Virus record (IMG/VR): IMGVR_UViG_3300033069_001940
Coordinates: 61,609 to 125,608 of that record
Source: a virus
Lineage: Duplodnaviria > Caudoviricetes
Direction: 5' to 3' (one strand)
DNA: 64,000 nucleotides
This document shows, piece after piece, positions 1 to 8,535 of the stretch. The stretch's first letter is position 1; every line of letters starts with the position of its first letter. The position numbers and the translations under genes are program-made. The notes beneath the pieces were generated by a model. That model had not been told where the DNA came from. It saw only the letters and a list, made by a program, of their open reading frames with translations, and did no database searches.

Positions 1-1
1 T

Positions 2-565
2 ATGATTTACGATGCCGGAATCTTCGGAGAATTTGAAGGAAATACTATTTATTATTATATCGTTGAAAAAATGAAACCGTTGACTGGAAGGAATACAATT
101 TTAACCCAGAAAACGAAATATTATTTCATGACAATTTTTAGAATGATTTTTACTTATGCAGATGAAATGAGAGAAGAATTAAGATATAGAAAAGAAAATA
201 TATCAGATTTAGAAACTCATAAAGAGGTAAAACAAGAGATTAAAAATAAAGCTAGCAGAATATTAAAATTAGTAAAAGATGAATATGAAGATTTAAGAGA
301 GGTCAAAGAGATAGAGGCTAACAATACGGGGATGGATATAAGACTTCCTCCATTTGAAGAAGCTTTGAATGAAATATCTCAAGTTTCCGGTTTACATGGT
401 GATTGGTTTTTAGAATTAATTGAAGAAATATTAACAAAATATGTTACTAATAGAACAGATCTTCATGTTGGAAATTTAGGCGTAACTAGTTATGGTAAAT
501 TAAGATATTTTGATCCATCTTATGAAGGTTGGGTTTCACGATTTCCAGCAAATGTTTTTTGGTGA
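2..565 (+). CDS. Protein kinase-like fold protein (5' truncated by window edge)
   Basis: YIVEKM hinge, DLHVGNLG catalytic loop (DxHxxN), YFDP metal-binding Asp. Confidence 0.6.
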   Translation: MIYDAGIFGEFEGNTIYYYIVEKMKPLTGRNTILTQKTKYYFMTIFRMIFTYADEMREELRYRKENISDLETHKEVKQEIKNKASRILKLVKDEYEDLREVKEIEANNTGMDIRLPPFEEALNEISQVSGLHGDWFLELIEEILTKYVTNRTDLHVGNLGVTSYGKLRYFDPSYEGWVSRFPANVFW

Positions 566-568
566 AAA

Positions 569-976
569 ATGAATTATATAAATAAAATTGTAAAATTAGC
601 TGCTGAATTTGAAGAAATGATTCCAGAAACATTACGCACTCCTTATTCTTCTGAGTATTCATTCTCTACGCCTGTAGTCGAGACGGAGCTTAGCGATGAT
701 GTTTTAGAATTAAAAGATAATTTATCTGATTTAGAATCAAAAATAGATCCTTTATTTTATATTTTAAAAAATATTAAAGAAAATATACAGTCATCAAAAT
801 CTGCTTTAATAACATCTGATAAAGAACAATTATATTTAGATTTAGATACTTATTTATATAGTATTAAAAAATCTTTTTTATCATTTGAATCTTCTTTAAA
901 AAAGATGCCAGAAATTAAAAATAAAATTATTGAAGTAGCTAATATGCATGTTCAATTGGGGCAACAACAAGATTAA
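569..976 (+). CDS. Hypothetical coiled-coil protein with N-terminal KLAAEF peptide
   Basis: 135-aa ORF; N-terminus MNYINKIVKLAAEFEE resembles peptides in other putative late proteins. Confidence 0.7.
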   Translation: MNYINKIVKLAAEFEEMIPETLRTPYSSEYSFSTPVVETELSDDVLELKDNLSDLESKIDPLFYILKNIKENIQSSKSALITSDKEQLYLDLDTYLYSIKKSFLSFESSLKKMPEIKNKIIEVANMHVQLGQQQD

Positions 977-1034
977 TCAATTATATTGGCGAGTCGATCT
1001 AAATATAATTTAAAAAGCTCTTTAAAAGGCTAAC

Positions 1035-2495
1035 TTGAGTTTAATTTTGATTCATGGTAAAAATTGTGAAATAGTTGAAGAAAACGATATTAATTTTCTT
1101 CGAATGTTAGATGATGAATTATCATTTAAAATAATGGGCGCACAATATTCACGAGCATATATAGCTGGTCGATGGGACGGGATCTATCGTGTTTTAGAAC
1201 GAGATTTAACTTTTAGTTATGGATTGCTTTCAAGGGTAATTGATTTATATAAAAAAAATAATAAATCAGTTAGGATTATAGACCAAAGGCCAGAAAAATC
1301 TAAAGTCTCTTCAATAGATATTATTACCCCTTTGACACAAATGGGCAAACCCCCTTATCAACATCAATTAGAGGCTTTAGAAGCGGCTAAAAATAATGAT
1401 TGCGGCATTATTAGATCGGCAACAGGGTCAGGAAAAAGTTTAATTTCCGCTTTAGTTACTGCACATTTTGGAAAGAAGACTATTATTTATGTTATTGGAA
1501 CTGATTTATTGTATCAGTTTTATAAATTCTATCAGTCGATTTTTGGTCAAGATGTTGTCGGAATTGTTGGGGATGGATTATGTGAAATAAAAGATATTAA
1601 TATTGTGAGTATTTGGACCGCCGGTCAGGCTTTAGGTTTGAAAAAATCACAAATAGTATTAGATTCTAGTGATGAGGAAAAAACCGATCCATCAAAATAT
1701 GATCAAATCAGAGAACTTCTTAGAACAGCTAAAGTTCATCAATTAGATGAATGTCACTTAGCTAGTTGTGATACTATTCAAGAAATTAATAAGGCTATTA
1801 ATCCTGAATATATTTATGGAATGTCGGCCTCGCCTTGGCGTGATGATGGTTCTGATTTATTAATAGAATCGATTTTGGGTAAAAATATAATTGATATTTC
1901 TGCATCTTTGTTAATTGATCGCGGCATTTTGGTTAAACCAACTATTTTATTTAAAAAAGTTCCTTCTATGCGGATTAAAAAACAATATCAAACAGTTTAT
2001 AAAAATTATGTAATTAATAATGATGTAAGAAATAATATTATTGTTGATTCTACAATTCAATTAATAGAGCAAGGATACAAGCCATTAATTTTGTATAATA
2101 ATATTAATCATGGTAAAAATATTTTTGACAAAATTAAAAATAAAATACCTTGTGTTTTACTGTCCGGAGCAGATGATTTATTAATTAGACAGCAGGCTAA
2201 AGAAGATATTGAGTCCGGTAAAATTAAAGCAATTTTAGCTAGTAAGATATATGACATAGGTGTTGATATTCCATGTCTATCCGGTTTAGTTTTAGCAGGC
2301 AGTGGGAAGTCGAGCGTTAGAGCTTTACAAAGAATAGGTCGAGTAATTAGAAAGTACGAGACGCCTTCATACAAAAAGAAAAGAGCTGCTATTATAGATT
2401 TTAATGATGATGTTCATTATCTAAGAGAGCATTCAAAAGAAAGATATAAAATCTATTTATCAGAAAAAGGATTTGAAGTTTTGTGGTCCAAGTGA
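1035..2495 (+). CDS. Superfamily 2 DNA helicase (UvsW/XPB-like)
   Basis: Walker A ATGSGKS, DECH box, SAS motif III, QRIGRVIR motif VI; TTG start. Confidence 0.9.
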   Translation: MSLILIHGKNCEIVEENDINFLRMLDDELSFKIMGAQYSRAYIAGRWDGIYRVLERDLTFSYGLLSRVIDLYKKNNKSVRIIDQRPEKSKVSSIDIITPLTQMGKPPYQHQLEALEAAKNNDCGIIRSATGSGKSLISALVTAHFGKKTIIYVIGTDLLYQFYKFYQSIFGQDVVGIVGDGLCEIKDINIVSIWTAGQALGLKKSQIVLDSSDEEKTDPSKYDQIRELLRTAKVHQLDECHLASCDTIQEINKAINPEYIYGMSASPWRDDGSDLLIESILGKNIIDISASLLIDRGILVKPTILFKKVPSMRIKKQYQTVYKNYVINNDVRNNIIVDSTIQLIEQGYKPLILYNNINHGKNIFDKIKNKIPCVLLSGADDLLIRQQAKEDIESGKIKAILASKIYDIGVDIPCLSGLVLAGSGKSSVRALQRIGRVIRKYETPSYKKKRAAIIDFNDDVHYLREHSKERYKIYLSEKGFEVLWSK

Positions 2496-2517
2496 ATTTT
2501 AAGTTCGTGATAGTCTA

Positions 2518-2535
2518 CGAGGCTCTTGTTTTCAA
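2518..2535 (+). promoter_or_regulatory. Leader motif shared with 7769-7786
   Basis: CGAGGCTCTTGTTTTCAA vs CGAGCCTCTTGGTTTAAA (15/18), 38 and 36 nt before the ATG. Confidence 0.35.
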
Positions 2536-2555
2536 TTTGAAAATACGACACACAT

Positions 2556-3155
2556 ATGACAATTGAAAAAGAAGATAAATTAGTTCCATTACCAAATAAA
2601 TGGTGGGCGAATTTCTTTGAAAAATTCAAAGAAATAGAAACTTTGAAAATTTCTCAATGGAAAGAAATTCATCATTTAGCTTATATCTGTAAAAGATATA
2701 AAGATATTTATGGCCGCCAATTTTCATTTTCTTTTAAATCATCTCCGGGCAAATGCCCAGAGATGGTTTTGGTTAAAAGAATTGGCCCCATGATCGGAAC
2801 CTCTAATCAAAAAATAATCAAAGAGTATATTGATTGGGTTTTTGATGAGAAAATTATTCCTAAAAATATGCATCTCAGGTCTTTGGGTTTTCTGACATTA
2901 CCTGGATTAGGTAATGAATTTTTAGCAGCTAAAGCTAAAGCTAAAATAATTGATAAAACAACTATTCTTCCTAAAGAATATCAAGATATTGTCGATCGAT
3001 TCGAGCTTCCAATTCAGACTTATGGAGATTTAGCTTTTGCTAAAAATGCAATTGATGAAGCGCCAGAAGATGAATCTAGATTACCATATAAAAATATGTT
3101 AAATCAACTATATTGTATGGGGCTAGAGCCAAGCATTTTAAGTGGATTAAAATGA
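2556..3155 (+). CDS. Hypothetical protein at head of replication operon
   Basis: 199-aa ORF upstream of dnaC/dnaB-like genes, ATGA overlap with next gene. Confidence 0.75.
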   Translation: MTIEKEDKLVPLPNKWWANFFEKFKEIETLKISQWKEIHHLAYICKRYKDIYGRQFSFSFKSSPGKCPEMVLVKRIGPMIGTSNQKIIKEYIDWVFDEKIIPKNMHLRSLGFLTLPGLGNEFLAAKAKAKIIDKTTILPKEYQDIVDRFELPIQTYGDLAFAKNAIDEAPEDESRLPYKNMLNQLYCMGLEPSILSGLK

Positions 3156-3700
3156 TAGGACAAATAGTTAAGGTTTATCTGGTTAACGGAACTGGAGTAG
3201 ATGGCCGGTTAACAGAATTAAATAATAAAAGATTAATTCTTGATTCAATCGAATCAGAGGAACAATTAATGATTCTTAATCCTTATAAAAATATTATAAT
3301 GATTAGAACTTTTTCTTCTCTTAAAAAAGAAGTTGAGAAAAACAATCTTAATGTTAAAGAAACTTCTCCTTCTAAAAAAGAAGCTGTGGTGGAAAATGAA
3401 ATAGAAGAAAATGAAAGAGAAGAAACTGAAGATGAAATTTCCCCATTAGCTTTGAGGGCAAGAAACATTGCCGAGCTAAAAGCAATGGAAGCCAAAGCTG
3501 AAGCAGAGCAAATTGCGGCAGCGTTAAAAAAACAAGAGATTTTAGAAAATAGAAAAAATATAGACACTTACGAGGATAAATATGGGGAAATCGATTATGC
3601 CAAGTGTAGCTCTCAGAAACCTACCACAAAAAAAAGTAGTAGATATGATGGAAAGAACACTTCTAGATTGCCAGACGTGTTCTTCAAACAAAGAAAGTAA
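3152..3700 (+). CDS. Protein with N-terminal Hfq/Sm-like domain and charged tail
   Basis: Start 3152 by ATGA overlap; VKVYLVNGTGVDGRL...LIL...QLMI...YKNI resembles Hfq VSIYLVNGIKLQGQI...QMVYKHAI. Confidence 0.5.
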   Translation: MIGQIVKVYLVNGTGVDGRLTELNNKRLILDSIESEEQLMILNPYKNIIMIRTFSSLKKEVEKNNLNVKETSPSKKEAVVENEIEENEREETEDEISPLALRARNIAELKAMEAKAEAEQIAAALKKQEILENRKNIDTYEDKYGEIDYAKCSSQKPTTKKSSRYDGKNTSRLPDVFFKQRK

Positions 3701-4319
3701 TTTAACCAACGCCTGTGATCGTTGTAAAACAATTAATACTGCTTTAATTAGATATTCCGAAGCTAACATTCCGGTTAAATATTGGAATTTATCAGTGGCT
3801 CCAGAAGATTTTACTGGAGATAAGGTTCTTTTAAGTAAATATCAAGAAGTGGTAAAAGATATAAAAACCTCTTACCGAAAAGGTATTTGTTTATGTTTTG
3901 CGGGTGCTAATGGTCTTGGTAAAACATTAATTTCAACTTCAATTCTAAAGAGAGCCGTAGAAAAAGGTTATACGGCTTTATATACTACATTAAGCGATAT
4001 AGTTAATGTTTTAGTTTCTGCTTCTTCTGAAGAAAAGAATTTAGCAAGAAAAGAATTAATGCAAGTTGATTTTCTAGTAATTGACGAATTTGATCCTAGA
4101 CATATGGGTTCAGATAATGCAGCAGATTTATTTGGAAGAGTATTAGAAGATGTGTTAAGGAATAGAACTCAAAACACACTTCCTTTATTTTTATGTACCA
4201 ATTCGCCCTCTGTATTGGATTCTTTTTCCGGACCAATCAAAATGAGTATTGGTAGTTTAATGAATTATGTTACTACTGTTTCAGTTCTTGGCAAAGATCA
4301 AAGAAAACAAGGCAAATGA
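3582..4319 (+). CDS. dnaC: DnaC/IstB-like helicase loader ATPase
   Basis: SD GAGGA; N-terminal CxxC...CxxC; Walker A GANGLGKT; Walker B FLVIDE; directly upstream of dnaB. Confidence 0.85.
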   Translation: MGKSIMPSVALRNLPQKKVVDMMERTLLDCQTCSSNKESNLTNACDRCKTINTALIRYSEANIPVKYWNLSVAPEDFTGDKVLLSKYQEVVKDIKTSYRKGICLCFAGANGLGKTLISTSILKRAVEKGYTALYTTLSDIVNVLVSASSEEKNLARKELMQVDFLVIDEFDPRHMGSDNAADLFGRVLEDVLRNRTQNTLPLFLCTNSPSVLDSFSGPIKMSIGSLMNYVTTVSVLGKDQRKQGK

Positions 4320-5749
4320 TGGAAGAAGACTTAGACTTAATTATAGAAGAGCAAGACCTTAGAATCTTAAAATCAGTTACTTCAGATCTAAATTGTGGTT
4401 TAGAGTTTGCACAAACTTATAGTGAAGATTTATTTGTTGGCGACGCTAAAAAGTTAGCTAAACCTGTTTTATCTTATCTTAGAGCTTACAAAAATTTACC
4501 AACTGAACGTGTTTTAATTGAGCATTCTCGTACAAAAGAGGATAAGCAAGTTATTTCGCATTTATGGCAAGAAGTTCAGAAAACTGAATTTGATCAAAGC
4601 GAATTTAGGTATGAATTAGATAAGATTAAAAATAGATATACTGTAAATAAAATTCAATCTCTAAAAGATTTAGAGTTTGGAGAAGACTTAGAGCAAACTA
4701 TACGAAGAATTCAGACAGAATTAGAATCTGTCAAACAGATTCGTTCTGGTAAAGCGGCCACTTTTACTCAAAAAACATTAAAAAGTTACGTTCCAGAATT
4801 TAAAAAAGTTTACAATGATAAATATAACGATAAAACTTTAGGTCGTGGCATATTAACTGGGTATTCATTTTTAGATTATGTAAAGAACGGATTATTACCA
4901 TCTGATATGGTGGTAATAGGTGGAGAGACAGCTTCGGGAAAATCTGTGTTTTTAAACAATTTAGCTGTTCAAATGTGGATGCAGAAAAATACTCTTGATA
5001 CTCATCCTTCAGAGTTTACAAAAGGGTGCAATGTTCTGTATTTTTCATTAGAAATGCCATACGAGATGTGTGCTCGACGTACGTTTGGACGCTTGGCTGA
5101 TGTTCCCTTATATGCTTTAAGGGATTCTACTCTTAATCGCTCTGAAATGGAATCAATGGCCAAGGCAACTTCTTTTATTGAGAAGTATCCATTTGAATTT
5201 GAAATAGTTGATATTCCTAGAGGAGTAACGGTTGACCAAATTGAGGCTAGATTTTTAGATGCTCGTCAAAGATTTCAGCCAGATGTAATTGTCGTCGATT
5301 ATCTTGGTTTATTAGAAGACCATGAGGCTCAAGGTGATGATTGGTTAAAATTAGGTTTTATTGCTGGCAAACTTCATGAATTAGCTAGAGCTTATAATAT
5401 CGTGATGTTGACGGCTGTTCAACTTAATAGAATTAGTTCTAAAAATCCAGACCATAATGAAGTAGTTGGCATGCATAGAATTGGTCGATCATCATTAATC
5501 ATGCATAATGCTACAGTTGGAATTCAAATTGAAACCAGAAAAGACGAGCACTTATTTGCTGATTTTAGGTATCACATAATTAAGAATCGGGACGGCGCTT
5601 TGGGCGGCCATTCTCTTAAAAAGAATTTTAAAAATGCTTCACTGTTAGATACAGAATATGTTTCTGATGGCATTATTTCGACGGCTAGCGATAATGATGT
5701 GCAAGATATCTCAGACTTATTAGCTAAGTATAAATGGAATCAAAAATAA
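4316..5749 (+). CDS. dnaB: Replicative DNA helicase DnaB-like
   Basis: GETASGKS, YFSLEM, VVDYLGLL, AVQLNR, IIKNRDG motifs. Confidence 0.93.
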   Translation: MMEEDLDLIIEEQDLRILKSVTSDLNCGLEFAQTYSEDLFVGDAKKLAKPVLSYLRAYKNLPTERVLIEHSRTKEDKQVISHLWQEVQKTEFDQSEFRYELDKIKNRYTVNKIQSLKDLEFGEDLEQTIRRIQTELESVKQIRSGKAATFTQKTLKSYVPEFKKVYNDKYNDKTLGRGILTGYSFLDYVKNGLLPSDMVVIGGETASGKSVFLNNLAVQMWMQKNTLDTHPSEFTKGCNVLYFSLEMPYEMCARRTFGRLADVPLYALRDSTLNRSEMESMAKATSFIEKYPFEFEIVDIPRGVTVDQIEARFLDARQRFQPDVIVVDYLGLLEDHEAQGDDWLKLGFIAGKLHELARAYNIVMLTAVQLNRISSKNPDHNEVVGMHRIGRSSLIMHNATVGIQIETRKDEHLFADFRYHIIKNRDGALGGHSLKKNFKNASLLDTEYVSDGIISTASDNDVQDISDLLAKYKWNQK

Positions 5750-5949
5750 TGAACAACAAATGGAAACATAAAATAGTTGCCAAAGCAATTAGGGTAGAAG
5801 TTTCTCAAAAAAAAGATCAATTATTTTTGGTTTTTGAGATTGTGGACCAAGATTTTAAAAATCAAATTAAAAAGGATTGGTTGCAAGATATTGATTTAAA
5901 GTTAATTGATAAAGATTTGGTAGCGATGGATTACAACGAGGATAAATGA
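5749..5949 (+). CDS. Hypothetical protein
   Basis: Small ORF coupled to dnaB stop (TAATG). Confidence 0.65.
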   Translation: MNNKWKHKIVAKAIRVEVSQKKDQLFLVFEIVDQDFKNQIKKDWLQDIDLKLIDKDLVAMDYNEDK

Positions 5950-6416
5950 AAAAACGAATTATAACTAAAGATTCATATACAATTAAAAATTTACAAAAAG
6001 ATTCATATGAAGTTTCAAAATCCAAAGGTTTTTGGGAGGGTTTTGAAAGAGGTGATTTAGCAGCCCTTAGTGGCCAATTGCTTTTGATTCATTCCGAAGT
6101 CAGCGAGGCTTGTGAATTAGATAGAAAATCAAATCTTTTTAAAGAAGAGGGCTATGATATTCTGAAGCCGCTATATGAAGACACTGAAGGTGAATATACA
6201 GAAAAAGCAAGAGAAATAGTTCCAATTTCGGCTGACGGAAGTTATATTGAAATTAGACCAAATAAACCAGTTAGTTTGGGAAGTGAATTGGCTGATATTG
6301 TAATTAGAACCGCTCAATTAGCTGAACATCTAAATCTAGATTTAGATTTCTATATAAAAGAAAAGATGGTATATAACACATCTAGGAAAGTAAAGCATGG
6401 CGGAAAAAAGTATTAA
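5946..6416 (+). CDS. MazG-like NTP pyrophosphohydrolase
   Basis: IHSEVSEACE...ELADIVIR; C-terminal KM.YN..R..KHGGK. Confidence 0.85.
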   Translation: MKKRIITKDSYTIKNLQKDSYEVSKSKGFWEGFERGDLAALSGQLLLIHSEVSEACELDRKSNLFKEEGYDILKPLYEDTEGEYTEKAREIVPISADGSYIEIRPNKPVSLGSELADIVIRTAQLAEHLNLDLDFYIKEKMVYNTSRKVKHGGKKY

Positions 6417-6939
6417 TTTAGAAGAAAATTGGATTCAGACTTTTACAGGTAAATCATTTTTCCCATTATCTCCAAATTCAGAAGATGTCTGTATTGAAGA
6501 TATCGCTCATGCTTTAAGTTTAATTTGCAGATTTAATGGTCATTCTTTGGGATTTTATAGTGTGGCGCAACATTGTATTTTAGTTTCAAAATATTGCAGT
6601 GAGAAAAATAAGTTGGCAGGATTATTACATGATTCGGCAGAAGCATATATTTGTGATATTCCTAAGCCATTAAAACATAGTAAAGATTTTGCTAGATATA
6701 GATATATTGAGTCTATGGTAGAAGCATCTATCGCTTTTAAATTTGCAACTCATTGGGAAATTGAAGAAGTTAAAGATGTCGATTTTAAAATGTTAGCAAC
6801 TGAAAAAAGAGATTTGATGGCGCCCTCTCAAAAAGATTGGGGGTGGCTGCCAGAACCTTATCCAGAAAAAATAATTCCTTTATCCCCAAAGGAAGCTGAA
6901 GAATTATTTTTAAAAACATTTATTCAATTAAAAAGGTAA
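6397..6939 (+). CDS. HD-domain 5'-deoxynucleotidase (YfdR/YfbR-like)
   Basis: DIAHALS..CRFNGH, YSVAQH, LLHDSAEAY. Confidence 0.9.
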   Translation: MAEKSINLEENWIQTFTGKSFFPLSPNSEDVCIEDIAHALSLICRFNGHSLGFYSVAQHCILVSKYCSEKNKLAGLLHDSAEAYICDIPKPLKHSKDFARYRYIESMVEASIAFKFATHWEIEEVKDVDFKMLATEKRDLMAPSQKDWGWLPEPYPEKIIPLSPKEAEELFLKTFIQLKR

Positions 6940-6941
6940 AT

Positions 6942-7262
6942 ATGTTATATGATCATTTGTGCAGCGCTTGTAATACAGAATTTGAATTAGAATATTCTAT
7001 TAAAGAAGATCCGCCTACAAAATGTCCATTATGTGGCGTTGATGGGCAGGTTAAACGGTTGATTTCCTATGCTACTCCAGGCAAGGTTGAATTATATGGA
7101 AGAGAACTTCAAGAAAAGAATAAAGAAGACGCTAGGAAGATGGTTAGAGATGGTGGAGAGAATTTTGTGGCCAATATTCTTGGCGAAAGTAGATATAACT
7201 CTTTAGCTAGTAACGCCGACCAATCTCGCGGTAAAAAATCCACATTTAGAAGAACAAAATAA
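6942..7262 (+). CDS. FmdB-family zinc-ribbon protein
   Basis: YDHLCSAC...CPLCG...RLIS. Confidence 0.8.
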   Translation: MLYDHLCSACNTEFELEYSIKEDPPTKCPLCGVDGQVKRLISYATPGKVELYGRELQEKNKEDARKMVRDGGENFVANILGESRYNSLASNADQSRGKKSTFRRTK

Positions 7263-7269
7263 AGGAATA

Positions 7270-7746
7270 ATGTTTGAAGAAAAAGTTACAAATTATGAGG
7301 TTAAATCATTAGATGAATTAAATCAATTCGTTGAGCAGAAAAAATCTGAAGGGTATACGGAAATAATTCCTGCTGATAATGTTAGGGAATTTAAAAAAGG
7401 ATTTTTTGTTTCTGAGCCTTGGCCAGATATTAACGATCCTAAAAATAAAGAAAAAATAATTTCTAAAGAAGTGTTTTTTGTCAATAGTTTTTATGTTACA
7501 TATTCAATTTATCCAACAGCTAAAATTAATCCATGCCAATATGTTGAAGATGTCGAGGAAATTAAAAAATTATTAAATGCTTATTGGGGTAAATTACAAA
7601 AAGCTGACAATCCAAAACAGCTTAGGGCGGGTTTTGTTTGGTATGATTACGATAAGAATGAAATTAATTCTTTTGAATTTCATATGAAACATGTACGAGA
7701 ATTAAAAGATATTTTAATTAGAGATAATTTTTGGACTTATGGTTAA
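7270..7746 (+). CDS. Hypothetical protein
   Basis: 158-aa ORF with AAGGA SD. Confidence 0.7.
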   Translation: MFEEKVTNYEVKSLDELNQFVEQKKSEGYTEIIPADNVREFKKGFFVSEPWPDINDPKNKEKIISKEVFFVNSFYVTYSIYPTAKINPCQYVEDVEEIKKLLNAYWGKLQKADNPKQLRAGFVWYDYDKNEINSFEFHMKHVRELKDILIRDNFWTYG

Positions 7747-7804
7747 TTATTAAAGACTCTTAATACTTCGAGCCTCTTGGTTTAAAACCATAACTCTTTT
7801 AGTT

Positions 7805-8494
7805 ATGAGTTTAAAAAATATCCAAGAACAAAACGAAAAAGTAGAAAAAATAATAGATCAGTTTCTTCTTTTAAAGAAGAATTCAGTTAAATCTTTGGCC
7901 AACAAACAAGAATTTGAAAAATTTCAAAACTTTTGTATGAAAGAATTAAATTTTTTAGTTCAAAAAAGAGTTGCTAAATATAAAAAGTTTTCTAATTATC
8001 AAGATTTGCAACAAGATGGATATGAGGCTCTTCTTTATGCTCTTCGGACCTTTAAAAGAGAAAAAGGCTGCTTCTCTTGGTGGGCTGATAAGTATATTAG
8101 CACAAGAGTGTCGAGGGCTGCTAACACACATTCCACAATCCGTTTCCCTTTAAAAGTTACAAAAGAGTCAAAGCCTCATAAAATTAGTATTGATACTTCA
8201 TCAACGGATGAACAATCTCAAATTATATTTTCGCAGGAAACTTATCCTTCTTCAGCTTTTCTGTTAGAAAAAGCCGAAGAAAACGCTATAGTGGGAGTTT
8301 TGTTAAATAAAATTGACCAACCTTATCAAGATTTATTAAAATTGACATATGGATTGGCTAATGAGATGGCTTTGCCAGTATCAAAAATAATTAAACAATT
8401 TCAAATATCTAGGTCTCAATATCTAAGGCTTCTAGAGGAAGCTAAAACAAAATTTAAAAATTTGTTAGATAATTATGAATATTCTGACAAATAA
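7805..8494 (+). CDS. Phage-encoded sigma70-family sigma factor
   Basis: Region 2: DLQQDGYEALLYALRTF..EKGCFSWWA..YI, TIRFP; region 4-like LTYGL...ISRSQY..L..EA. Confidence 0.85.
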   Translation: MSLKNIQEQNEKVEKIIDQFLLLKKNSVKSLANKQEFEKFQNFCMKELNFLVQKRVAKYKKFSNYQDLQQDGYEALLYALRTFKREKGCFSWWADKYISTRVSRAANTHSTIRFPLKVTKESKPHKISIDTSSTDEQSQIIFSQETYPSSAFLLEKAEENAIVGVLLNKIDQPYQDLLKLTYGLANEMALPVSKIIKQFQISRSQYLRLLEEAKTKFKNLLDNYEYSDK

Positions 8495-8535
8495 TAACCT
8501 AAAGATTCTTTAGGTTAGTCATTCGGAGAAAATTA

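Noticed and set aside
5946-6939. MazG-like + HD hydrolase pair as a Z-genome (mazZ/datZ) cluster
   Set aside because: No purZ in the window; the HD protein has YfdR/YfbR-type motifs, and both families are common in ordinary phages
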